Below, piece by piece: positions 50,117 through 58,706 of a DNA stretch of 64,000 nucleotides. Position 1 is the stretch's first letter, and every line of letters starts with the position of its first letter. The notes beneath the pieces are model-generated. The model worked only from the letters and a program-made list of their open reading frames with translations, had not been told where the DNA came from and ran no database searches. This DNA comes from Candidatus Latescibacterota bacterium (GTDB lineage: Bacteria > Latescibacterota > UBA2968 > UBA8231): the NCBI GenBank assembly GCA_965242865.1, contig CBDETK010000013.1, positions 5,216,001 through 5,280,000 of the forward strand, given 5' to 3'. A program made the position numbers and the translations under genes.

Positions 50117-50251
50117 TCAGTGCGGCACCCCTAATTGGTGCATCCGGCGGTGAATCTCCGCCCGCGCTTGGTGGAAGGGCCGCTCCAGATAGGCGAGGTG
50201 ATCCGCCTCGCCGTGGTGGTGCGTGACGGCGTCGCGCAGATGTCGGAGCAT
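50117..50251 (-). pseudogene. Short remnant resembling a CehA/McbA-type C-terminus
   Basis: MLRHLRDAVTHHHGEADHLAYLERPFHQARAEIHRRMHQLGVPH; 'F..AR.E..RRM' matches the end of the adjacent hydrolase. Confidence 0.45.
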
Positions 50252-50280
50252 CTAGCACCGAATGCACACCGCGCCGCGCC

Positions 50281-51192
50281 CTAGGCCCGGTACGGCTCGC
50301 CCGTGCGCCGCAGCTTCTTGGTCACCGCGATCTGACAGGTCGCGTACCCGCCCATGTAGCCGGTGGCAAAGCCTGGGCGCGCATCCCCAATGGTGCCGAC
50401 GATCATGTTGGCGTATTCGTACGTGGTGTCGTAGCGGTCGCAGATCAGGGCCACCATTTCGAGCCAAGCCGCTTTGAGCGCGTCGCCCCACTCGGCCGCC
50501 CGCGCACTCGTGAGGTATTCCTCGGCGTCTTCCACAACCCGAGTCGTCTCCACCACCGGGCTGCTGGTGGGAAACCCGGGCGAGCGATTGACCTTGAGCG
50601 TGATGGCCGAGTCGATCTCAACGCCGGCCCCAGTCAACTCGCCGTCGCCCATGCGCGCATGGACATCGCCCAACGACAGCAATCCCCCGGGCTTTTGTGC
50701 GCGGATGTGGACGGTGCTGCCGGGCTGGATGGCGTTGAAATCCATGTTGCCGCCGTGATCTATGGCGTTGGGGGCCCACGATTCGAGCTGGACGACGCCG
50801 ATCATGGGCCGCACCGGCACGACAAAATCCGGCGGAAAGTGGATCAGTCCGTCGCGCACCGGGGCCACGCAGCGCCAATTGCCCCAGTTGGGACCGCCGT
50901 TGCGGTAGAAGCCGTAGGGGCCGACCTCAATAGCGATGATCTCGATGGCGACCCAATCGTCCGGCTCAATGCCCTCGATGAGAAAGGGGCCGCCGGGGCG
51001 GGCGTAGCGGCGATGGCTCTCCCCAGAAGTAATCATGCCGGCGCGGGTCTCGCCGGCCGCTTCAAAGTCGTTGTCCGCTCCGCCAATGGTCTCGATGAGG
51101 ACGGTTTCGCCGAGTGCCAACGTGCCGCGCACTTGGCCGATTGCCGGGTCGTCCGGTCCGCTGTAATGGGGGGTGCGGGTAAAGCGACGCAT
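50281..51192 (-). CDS. Acetamidase/formamidase family protein
   Basis: 'GPFLIEG', 'PMIGV', 'HGGNMD', 'LSLGDVHARMGDGEL'. Confidence 0.88.
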   Translation of the reverse strand: MRRFTRTPHYSGPDDPAIGQVRGTLALGETVLIETIGGADNDFEAAGETRAGMITSGESHRRYARPGGPFLIEGIEPDDWVAIEIIAIEVGPYGFYRNGGPNWGNWRCVAPVRDGLIHFPPDFVVPVRPMIGVVQLESWAPNAIDHGGNMDFNAIQPGSTVHIRAQKPGGLLSLGDVHARMGDGELTGAGVEIDSAITLKVNRSPGFPTSSPVVETTRVVEDAEEYLTSARAAEWGDALKAAWLEMVALICDRYDTTYEYANMIVGTIGDARPGFATGYMGGYATCQIAVTKKLRRTGEPYRA

Positions 51193-51238
51193 ACGCGATC
51201 TCCTTTGGAAAATTGGGGCGGTGGGTACGTGGCAATCC

Positions 51239-52033
51239 CTAGTGCCGCTCGGCAAACGGAAAGGTCCCGTCGTACCCGAGCGCGGCCATGGCCGGCAGGG
51301 GCGAGCTGACAAAGGGAATCCCCGGGAACATGGGCGTCTGCTGGTAGTGTAGCACCACGTTGCAGCGGATGGGGGCGTCGGCCTCTTCCCGCAGCTTCGC
51401 GCCCTGATGCGGGATGTGGCTGAAGAACACCACGGCGTCGCCGGTCATGGGATGGAGGTGGATGTGCTCCTGTCGATCGCACCACTGGTAAAAGGGGTTG
51501 TCGGAATTGTACCCGCCTAGGTGGCGGATTTCTTCTGGCAGGGCGTTGTGGCAGAAGTTGTTGATAAAGGTCAAACGCCCGGTCTCGGGCGCGTTGTCCG
51601 TCAGGTAAAACGTGGTGTTTATGCACAGGGGCCGCAGCGCGTGCCGCGCCTCGTCGGGCGCGTCCCAATAATAGCCAAAGTCCTTGTGCCATTCTTGGGT
51701 ATAAGCCCCCGGATTGATGTGTGCCCGAAAGCTCCGCAACTGACATTGCCGCCCGAGCATGGCCTGCAAATACGGCGCGACCGAGGAGTGGCCGACCATG
51801 GGCCGAGCCAGCTCGGGTTCCTGTTCCAGCAAGTGGTCAAAAGCCACATTGCCCACCTCGTTGCTAATGTCCCATTCCCGCCGCTCGTACTTCCGCACCA
51901 AGCACGCCCGCCAAGCCAGCACCTCGTCTTCGGGCAGCGCGTTGCGCACCAATAGAAAGCCGTGCCGGTCGAGCGCGTCGAGTTGGTCGTCGAGCGCGGG
52001 AATTTGGGCCGTATCGGCGATGATTTCGCTCAT
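51239..52033 (-). CDS. Phytanoyl-CoA dioxygenase family protein
   Basis: 'QEWHKD', 'FYLTD', 'GDAVVFFSHIPHQG'; AAGGAG RBS before ATG 52033. Confidence 0.8.
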   Translation of the reverse strand: MSEIIADTAQIPALDDQLDALDRHGFLLVRNALPEDEVLAWRACLVRKYERREWDISNEVGNVAFDHLLEQEPELARPMVGHSSVAPYLQAMLGRQCQLRSFRAHINPGAYTQEWHKDFGYYWDAPDEARHALRPLCINTTFYLTDNAPETGRLTFINNFCHNALPEEIRHLGGYNSDNPFYQWCDRQEHIHLHPMTGDAVVFFSHIPHQGAKLREEADAPIRCNVVLHYQQTPMFPGIPFVSSPLPAMAALGYDGTFPFAERH

Positions 52034-52133
52034 GGGAAAGCTCCTTTCTATACTAGGGTTGTGTTGTATAGCAATCCTAAATGCCTTGAAAGCATGGAAT
52101 GTTGATCGGCGCAGTCTTTTTTGCATTGAGGTG

Positions 52134-52496
52134 TCATTTGTATGTTGCGGCCGGGTTTCCGATTGGCCACTCCCGCAACAGAACGTCACCCCGTGCTCCG
52201 ACACGAGGCGGGAATCCAGAAAAGGACCAAGCCGAATCAGAAACTGAAACCCTAATGTTAAGAACGCTTCTAAAGTTAATCTCTAACGCTTCGCTCAATC
52301 TCCGCTGCCAACCACCGGAAAGCGGCCAATTTGTACTCGAAAGTTTCTTGGGAGGATGCGGCAGGAGACGCAAGTCGGCGAACTCCGCTTGGATGGGAAT
52401 CACACCGCAGAACTGGCGCAATAGCCAAGTGAGAATCGGTAAGAGGGCGCGATCAGACGATCCATCCGCCACTAGCGTATAGCGCAGTCGCTGCAT
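52134..52496 (-). pseudogene. Truncated partner of the AAA ATPase (Toprim/DUF4276-like N-terminus)
   Basis: 'YTLVADGSSDRALLPIL' start; after 'PPKKLS' the sequence loses family character and lacks the expected DxD/'EAWLL'-type motifs. Confidence 0.55.
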
Positions 52497-52511
52497 TCGA
52501 CGCCAATTCCA

Positions 52512-53942
52512 CTATGAAGTAAACGGAAGTAGTTGCCGCATATCGTCCCTATCCACTACCCGCTTCTTTCTTGCTGCTTCTGCATATTTCTTAGGCAACA
52601 CCGGATTCAGATAGGGGAGCAGATCGCCGAGAGCGGCGTCTTCGCTCATGTTGCGCCAAGTGTCGGACAGGCAGAGGAAATGGGCCTTTTTGTAGCAGCG
52701 TCCCTCCGCGTCTAGATCCTCTCTTGCCTTTACGAATACGACGCTCTCGTCCGGGACTTGCTGGAATACTGCGGGCGAGTGGGTATTGACGATCACTTGG
52801 CGCAGGGGGTTGTCCTCCCCAACAGGCTCTTGGGTATCCACCGCAATATCCCTAAGCAGTTGCAGTATGGCCGGAATCCGCGCCGGATGAATGCCGTTTT
52901 CTGGCTCTTCCAAACAAAGCACCCCCTGTATATGCGGGTCGCTCTCCAAGACAGCGAGTGCGAGGAAGCGCAAGGTGCCATCCGACAGGGCGCGGGCTGG
53001 ATGAAAGGTCCCCTCCTCGTTTTTTACATATAAAGTCAATAGCTCCCGTTTCTCATCCGGCTCTATGCGGATATCATGCACACCGTCAATGAGTTCGGCC
53101 AAGCGGTTGGCGATCTGGCTATATACCTTTTGGTCATGGCGACCCAAGCGATACAGCGTAGCCGCCAAATACCGGCCATCGGCTCCTAAGTGCGTAGGAG
53201 CACCAAATTCATCGGGCCTTCTCAGGGCCGAAGGCTCCAGTTGCAGCATCTGCCAAGATTCCATCTCGCGGCGAGCGGCTAACACCGTAGGGCTTTCCGC
53301 TGCATTGGCGATGGAAAGCACCGTGCGCGGCAGGTGATCAGCCGACCGGGGCAAAGGACGACCGCTGCTGCCGCCATCCTGATGTAGCTTTATGACTCTG
53401 TTCTCGCCCTCGCCAGCGGTTGAAATGAAGGGAACAGGGCGCTTGCCGCACACGGCGGATTTGCGCCAGTCCTTTGCGCTGTGGGGAAACAAAAGGTGTT
53501 GGGAGGCGTCGCGTTGGGCGATGGGGACCAATTCTTCTCGGACGATAGCCAGAGCACCTCGCACCAAGCTGTCGTCCGTCTCTCGGTAGGCCAGATCTAG
53601 GGAATAGCGCAAAAACGTAATACTGGCCTCGGCCTCCTGCCCCAAGTCGTCAATGGCCCGCCGAGGGACGATCATCTCGGCCTCAAAGGTTATGCGCTCG
53701 GCATAGTGATCGCCCACGCGGTGGAAAAGGTCGCGCACAGGTGCTGTGCGGCTGTCTTGGTCGCGCACGGCCGCGGCGGCCTCCATAAGCGTACCATTGG
53801 CCAGCGCACTCAGAAACCGAATAGCGTCGAACAGGTTTGACTTACCCACCCCATTCGGCCCAACGACACAGGTAAACGGCCCGAGAGCCAAATCCACCTC
53901 TACCAAATTTTTGAAATTAGAGACTTTTAGGCGGGTCAACAT
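52512..53942 (-). CDS. ABC/AAA_21-type ATPase (defence-associated)
   Basis: 'NFKN', Walker A 'GPNGVGKSN', signature 'LSDGT', Walker B 'LEEPENGIHP', H-loop 'NTHSP'. Confidence 0.88.
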   Translation of the reverse strand: MLTRLKVSNFKNLVEVDLALGPFTCVVGPNGVGKSNLFDAIRFLSALANGTLMEAAAAVRDQDSRTAPVRDLFHRVGDHYAERITFEAEMIVPRRAIDDLGQEAEASITFLRYSLDLAYRETDDSLVRGALAIVREELVPIAQRDASQHLLFPHSAKDWRKSAVCGKRPVPFISTAGEGENRVIKLHQDGGSSGRPLPRSADHLPRTVLSIANAAESPTVLAARREMESWQMLQLEPSALRRPDEFGAPTHLGADGRYLAATLYRLGRHDQKVYSQIANRLAELIDGVHDIRIEPDEKRELLTLYVKNEEGTFHPARALSDGTLRFLALAVLESDPHIQGVLCLEEPENGIHPARIPAILQLLRDIAVDTQEPVGEDNPLRQVIVNTHSPAVFQQVPDESVVFVKAREDLDAEGRCYKKAHFLCLSDTWRNMSEDAALGDLLPYLNPVLPKKYAEAARKKRVVDRDDMRQLLPFTS

Positions 53943-54069
53943 AGGTCATCTCCTCATTGGTTCATCCTCGATCTCGCCCGAGGCAGAATGTCCAATAATA
54001 GGCAATTGGCCCTACCGCCGCCTCGTTCTTAGCTTAAACAAATACCCGCACTTAACGATAGGAGCTATC

Positions 54070-54810
54070 ATGGTCGAAACCAACGACATCCAACGCCCCC
54101 CCAAAGACCTCATCGCCGCCCTCGCCTCCATCTCCAGCGCGACTGCGGCCGGCGAACTCGCCCGCTTGGGCATCCGCGACCCCCACATCCAAGGGCCGGT
54201 GGCCCGCACCCCGGGCAAGCACATCGTCGGCCCGGCTCTGACCTTGCAGTTCATGCCGAAGCGCGAAGACCAATACTCGGTGGACGAATACGCCGACCCA
54301 GAAAAGCAGCTCCACCGCCACGCGCTCTACCACACCCAACCCGGCGACATCATCGTCGTCGATGCGCGCGGCGATATGCACAGCGGGGTTTTCGGCGAAA
54401 TGATGCTCACCTTCTTCATGGGGCGCGGCGGCCAAGGCGCGGTCATCGACGGCTGCATCCGCGACTTTCCCAAGGTGCTCGAAGACCTCGACCTCGGGCT
54501 TTGGCTGCGCGGCACCACCCCCAACTTCCACACCCAAACCAACATCTTCCCCTTTGCCGTCAACGTGCCCATCGCCTGCGGCGACACCTTAGTTATGCCC
54601 GGCGACATCATCGTCGCCGACGACGACGGCGCCACCGTCGTCCCGGCCCAGCTCGCCCCCGAATTGACCGAAAAGGCCCAAGCCCACGCCGAGTGGGAGG
54701 ACTTTAGCCGCATGAAGCTGGCCGAGGGGGGGCACCTACGCAAGTACTACCCCCTCAGCGAAGAGGCCCGCGCCGAATACGAAGCGTGGCGGGCAGAACA
54801 GGAACAATAG
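54070..54810 (+). CDS. RraA/HMG-aldolase family protein
   Basis: 'GPALTLQFMP', 'GVFGEMM', 'IDGCIRD', 'PGDIIVADDDG'. Confidence 0.88.
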   Translation: MVETNDIQRPPKDLIAALASISSATAAGELARLGIRDPHIQGPVARTPGKHIVGPALTLQFMPKREDQYSVDEYADPEKQLHRHALYHTQPGDIIVVDARGDMHSGVFGEMMLTFFMGRGGQGAVIDGCIRDFPKVLEDLDLGLWLRGTTPNFHTQTNIFPFAVNVPIACGDTLVMPGDIIVADDDGATVVPAQLAPELTEKAQAHAEWEDFSRMKLAEGGHLRKYYPLSEEARAEYEAWRAEQEQ

Positions 54811-54811
54811 C

Positions 54812-56596
54812 ATGGCTCCGCGTCCCAACATCGTCTTCGTCCTCACCGACGACCAAGGCTACGGCGACTTGGGTTGCCACGACAACAGTGCCATCCGCAC
54901 GCCCTGCCTCGACCGCTTCCACCGCGACGCCGTGCGCTTCACCGATTACCACGTCGGCTCCACCTGCGCCCCCACCCGCGCCGGCCTGCTCACCGGGCAC
55001 TACTGCAATAGCGCGGGCGTTTGGCACACCATCGGCGGACGCTCCCTGTTGCGTAGCGACGAGTGGACTCTCGCGGACGCGCTCGCGGGCGTTGGCTACC
55101 GCACCGGCCACTTCGGCAAGTGGCACCTCGGCGACAGCCCCCCGTACCGTCCGCACGAGCGCGGCTTCGCCGAATCCGTTTTTCACGCGGGCGGCGGCAT
55201 CGGCAACACCGGCGACGCTTGGGGCAACGACTACTTTGACGACACCTATTTCAAAAACGGCGTCCCCACGCGGTACGAGGGCTACTGCACGGACGTGTTC
55301 TTCCGCGAGGGCCGGCGCTTTATCCAAGAAAACGCCGACCGGCCCTTTTTCTGCTACATCGCCACCAACGCGCCGCACGGGCCGCTCAACGTCGAGCCGC
55401 GCTACGTCGAGCCATACCGCGACAGCACCCCGCACGAAGCCCGCGCCCGGTTCTACGGCATGATCACCAACATCGACGAAAACTTTGGCCGCTTGCAAGA
55501 CGCCCTCGACGAGCTGGGAATCGCCGATAATACCATCCTGATCTTTATGACCGACAACGGCACGGCCACGGGCGTCGAATTAGACGCTGATCAATTCCCC
55601 CGCGAAGGGCCGGGGAGCTACAACGCTGGCATGCGCGGCAAAAAAGGCTCCCCGTACGAAGGCGGGCACCGCGTACCCTTTCTCATCCGCTACCCCAACG
55701 GGCACATTGCCGGCGGCCGCGACATTGACGCGCTGACCAGCTACGTGGATTTCATGCCGACCCTGCTCGACTTGTGCGAGGTGGAAGTCCCGGCCGGCCG
55801 CACCTTCCACGGCCAGAGCCTAGGGCCGCTGCTGCGCGGCGCGGACGACGCAGCTTGGGCCGAGCGCGTCCACGTCTGCGACACCCAGCGCGTGGCCGCT
55901 CCGGTCAAGTGGCGCAAGAGCGCGGTGATGAAGGGCAAGTGGCGGCTCATCGATGGCCGTGCGCTCTACGATCTCGGCACCGACCCCGGCCAGCGGCTAG
56001 ATGTGGCCGCGGCGCATCCCGCAATCGTCGCCGACCTGCGCGCCGCGTACGATGACTGGTGGACGCTGGTGTCCGCCCAGTTCGACCGCGACGAACCCAT
56101 AGCTTTGGGCGGGGACGACCAATCGGTCAAGCTCACCACCCACGACATCCGCAATGAGGCCTGCAGTGCTGTCTGGAATCAGCGGCAAGTCCGCGCCGGG
56201 CAGGTCGCGAGTGGTTTTTGGGCCGTTGAGGTCAAAGAGGCGGGCCGCTACCAAATCGAGCTGCGGCGCTGGCCCGAGGAAACCGGCTACGCGCTAGCAG
56301 CGGGCATTGAGGGCGACGACAGCGGCTGGTATCGCGCCGGCATCCAGCCCAAGGAGGCCCCGGCCTACGAGGGGGGAGTCGCCCTCGCGCTCGGCTGGGC
56401 GCAGCTAACCATCGGCGGCCAGAATCTCCAGCGCGAAGTCGATCCCGACGCGCCGAGTGCCTGTTTTGAGCTCGATCTGGCCGCTGGCCCCGGCCGGCTC
56501 TACGCCTCGTTCTACGACCACGCCGAGCGGACCATCGCCCCGTATTACGTGTACGTGCAGCGGCTGAAAGGGGCACCATGCGCATCGGCATCGTAG
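54812..56596 (+). CDS. Arylsulfatase
   Basis: 'PNIVFVLTDDQG', formylglycine motif 'CAPTRAGLLTG', 'GKWHLG', 'TDNG', 'EGGHRVP'. Confidence 0.93.
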   Translation: MAPRPNIVFVLTDDQGYGDLGCHDNSAIRTPCLDRFHRDAVRFTDYHVGSTCAPTRAGLLTGHYCNSAGVWHTIGGRSLLRSDEWTLADALAGVGYRTGHFGKWHLGDSPPYRPHERGFAESVFHAGGGIGNTGDAWGNDYFDDTYFKNGVPTRYEGYCTDVFFREGRRFIQENADRPFFCYIATNAPHGPLNVEPRYVEPYRDSTPHEARARFYGMITNIDENFGRLQDALDELGIADNTILIFMTDNGTATGVELDADQFPREGPGSYNAGMRGKKGSPYEGGHRVPFLIRYPNGHIAGGRDIDALTSYVDFMPTLLDLCEVEVPAGRTFHGQSLGPLLRGADDAAWAERVHVCDTQRVAAPVKWRKSAVMKGKWRLIDGRALYDLGTDPGQRLDVAAAHPAIVADLRAAYDDWWTLVSAQFDRDEPIALGGDDQSVKLTTHDIRNEACSAVWNQRQVRAGQVASGFWAVEVKEAGRYQIELRRWPEETGYALAAGIEGDDSGWYRAGIQPKEAPAYEGGVALALGWAQLTIGGQNLQREVDPDAPSACFELDLAAGPGRLYASFYDHAERTIAPYYVYVQRLKGAPCASAS

Positions 56597-57579
56597 GCAT
56601 CCACTATGGGCACATCGGCGGCATGATCCAATCCGCCTTGCAGGCCGCAAACGGCCAGATCGTCGGCTTGGTCGAAAACGACGACGCGCTCTGTGCGCGC
56701 TACGCCTCCATCCCCCGCTTTGCCACCGTGGACGACCTGATCGACCGCGCCCGGCCCGAGCTAATCCTCGAAGGCTTGATTCACCCCGAGAAAACCGCGC
56801 TCGTAGAAACCTGCGCCCGCGCCGGCATTCACCTGCTCCTCGACAAACCCCTGTGCCGCACGCTCAGCGACTGGGAGCGCATGCGCCGCGCGGTCGCGGC
56901 CAACCCGATCCACGTATCCATGTGGTTCACTTCGCGCAGCTACCCGCCGTTCATCGCCCTGCGCCAAGCCATCCTCGACGGTGCCCTCGGGACCATCGCC
57001 AGCCTCATTTCCACGCACCCGCACAAGCTCAACCGCGCCACCGCTCCGGCTTGGTATTTCGATCCCAACCAGTACACAGGTGCGTTCCACGACCTCGCGT
57101 GTCACGGCGTCGATCAAATCCGCTGGCTCACCGGCACCGAATGCGTGGGCGTCCACGCCCTCGCCACCTGCAAGCGGTTTGCGGCTGAGCCGCGCTTAGA
57201 CGACCACGTACAGGCTTCCTTTGAGCTAGCCGACGGCGCGTTGGCGACCCTCACCGCCGACTGGCTCACGCCCCGAGCCGCGCCCTCGTTTGGCGACACC
57301 CGCTTCATCATCATGGGCACGGCTGGCTCGGCCCACCTGCGCGCCTATGCCGACGACCACCTGCTCATCGCTACCGACGACCGCCCCCCGTACGCGCCCG
57401 AGTTGCCCGCCGACCAAAGCGGCGCGTTCGTCGCCAACCTGATCGACGCCATTGAACGCGGCACCGCCCCGTTCATCCCCACCCGCTCGGTGTTCGCCAC
57501 CGCCCAAGCCTGCTTGCTGGCCCAAGAGTCGGCCCGGCAGGGGGGCGCGTTCCTCCGCATTCCGCCGTTTGAGCTATGA
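56578..57579 (+). CDS. Gfo/Idh/MocA family oxidoreductase
   Basis: 'IGIVG', 'LDKPL', 'DLACHGVDQIRWLTG'. Confidence 0.85.
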   Translation: MRIGIVGIHYGHIGGMIQSALQAANGQIVGLVENDDALCARYASIPRFATVDDLIDRARPELILEGLIHPEKTALVETCARAGIHLLLDKPLCRTLSDWERMRRAVAANPIHVSMWFTSRSYPPFIALRQAILDGALGTIASLISTHPHKLNRATAPAWYFDPNQYTGAFHDLACHGVDQIRWLTGTECVGVHALATCKRFAAEPRLDDHVQASFELADGALATLTADWLTPRAAPSFGDTRFIIMGTAGSAHLRAYADDHLLIATDDRPPYAPELPADQSGAFVANLIDAIERGTAPFIPTRSVFATAQACLLAQESARQGGAFLRIPPFEL

Positions 57580-57670
57580 ATACGCGGTGGGCTTTGCCGG
57601 ACACGGGAAACTACGTAGCTAGATCGTTTTTCGATAATCACCAAACGTTCTAACCGCAAGAGGTATCGTT

Positions 57671-57943
57671 ATGCACGTAAAAGTTTTCAAAGCACGAACG
57701 CCTCAAGTACCAGGTACATTCACCTTTCTCGTCATTCCCATAGAGAAAGACGCGGATAGTGTTCCGGCCAACATTCGCAACAAGCTCGGGGAACTCGTGG
57801 AATTTAAGCATCTTGACATCAGGCCTGGGGAGAAGCGGATTGGGGCGAACGTTGATAAAATTCTGAGACAAATTTATAAAAACGGCTATGCTATCCAGCG
57901 AACCGAAGTGAATATCCGGGAATACGCTATGGGCGACACCTGA
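57671..57943 (+). CDS. Small protein, YcgL-domain-like
   Basis: 'VP..I...LG.....LD......RIGANVDKILRQI...GYAIQ' resembles YcgL; lower GC than its neighbours. Confidence 0.5.
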   Translation: MHVKVFKARTPQVPGTFTFLVIPIEKDADSVPANIRNKLGELVEFKHLDIRPGEKRIGANVDKILRQIYKNGYAIQRTEVNIREYAMGDT

Positions 57944-57962
57944 TACCGGAGCCAAAAACGCC

Positions 57963-58337
57963 GTGTCCACCGCACTCATCGACCCAAAAAAGCACCGCCA
58001 GCTCTTCCTCGACAGCCGCGCCTTAGTCGCCGAGCAAGGCACCACCCGCACCCTGCACCCGCCCAAAAGGTGCGGCCCTCTCATCACCGACCGCATCCAA
58101 AGCCGCAGTGCGCCCTTGTGGAACCCGGACGAGGTGCGCTACGAGTGGTGGTACAACGGCCCGCCGGTCCGCTTGGCCATCTCTGGCGATGGCGAGCACT
58201 GGGAACAGCCCTCTCTCGGGCTTTACGAGTGGAACGGCAGCAAAGACAACAACATCGCCTGCGACCCCAACGGCCCAAGCCTGTACCACATCGTCCGCGA
58301 TGAGTGCTGCTCCGTGCAAGTTGTGGCGGCAAGGTAA
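57963..58337 (+). pseudogene. Fragment of a glycoside-hydrolase-like beta-propeller protein
   Basis: 'RQLFLD', 'LAISGDGEHWEQPSLGLYEWNGSKDNNI' then an abrupt end. Confidence 0.55.
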
Positions 58338-58366
58338 CGCTCGGCCCTCGACGGTAACAGGTTCGG

Positions 58367-58630
58367 CTACCCCGCAAACACCTTGATCGCTATCGTCAAG
58401 AGCAAGCCCATCGTCGTCACCCACATGCCTATCATCGTGCCGACTAGCCAGCGAAAGTCCCGCCGGTGGCTGCTCTCCAAGCGGCTCATGCGAGCCTCTA
58501 AGCTGTCCTTGAAGCTAGTCATGCGAGCCTCCAAGTTGCCGAGGCGGTCGTTGATCTGCTCAATGATTCCTTCTAGGCGGCCAATGCGGTCGCCGTAGTC
58601 AAAGGGGGAACGTTCTGCCATGCCTGCCAT
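58367..58630 (-). CDS. Small coiled-coil protein with C-terminal TM helix (DUF1640-like)
   Basis: 11-aa repeat LEARMTSFKDS / LEARMSRLESS, then 'DFRWLVGTMIGMW'. Confidence 0.65.
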   Translation of the reverse strand: MAGMAERSPFDYGDRIGRLEGIIEQINDRLGNLEARMTSFKDSLEARMSRLESSHRRDFRWLVGTMIGMWVTTMGLLLTIAIKVFAG

Positions 58631-58706
58631 CTCCTGCTCGATAGATTCAATATACTCGCCGACGGATACCTCTCCAAAAGCAAAATGCGGGCCAGCAGCC
58701 TTATCT

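Noticed and set aside
50120-50280. GTGCGGC start suggesting a group II intron, or a MITE from weak inverted repeats
   Set aside because: No domain V or reverse transcriptase is visible; better explained as a minus-strand coding remnant
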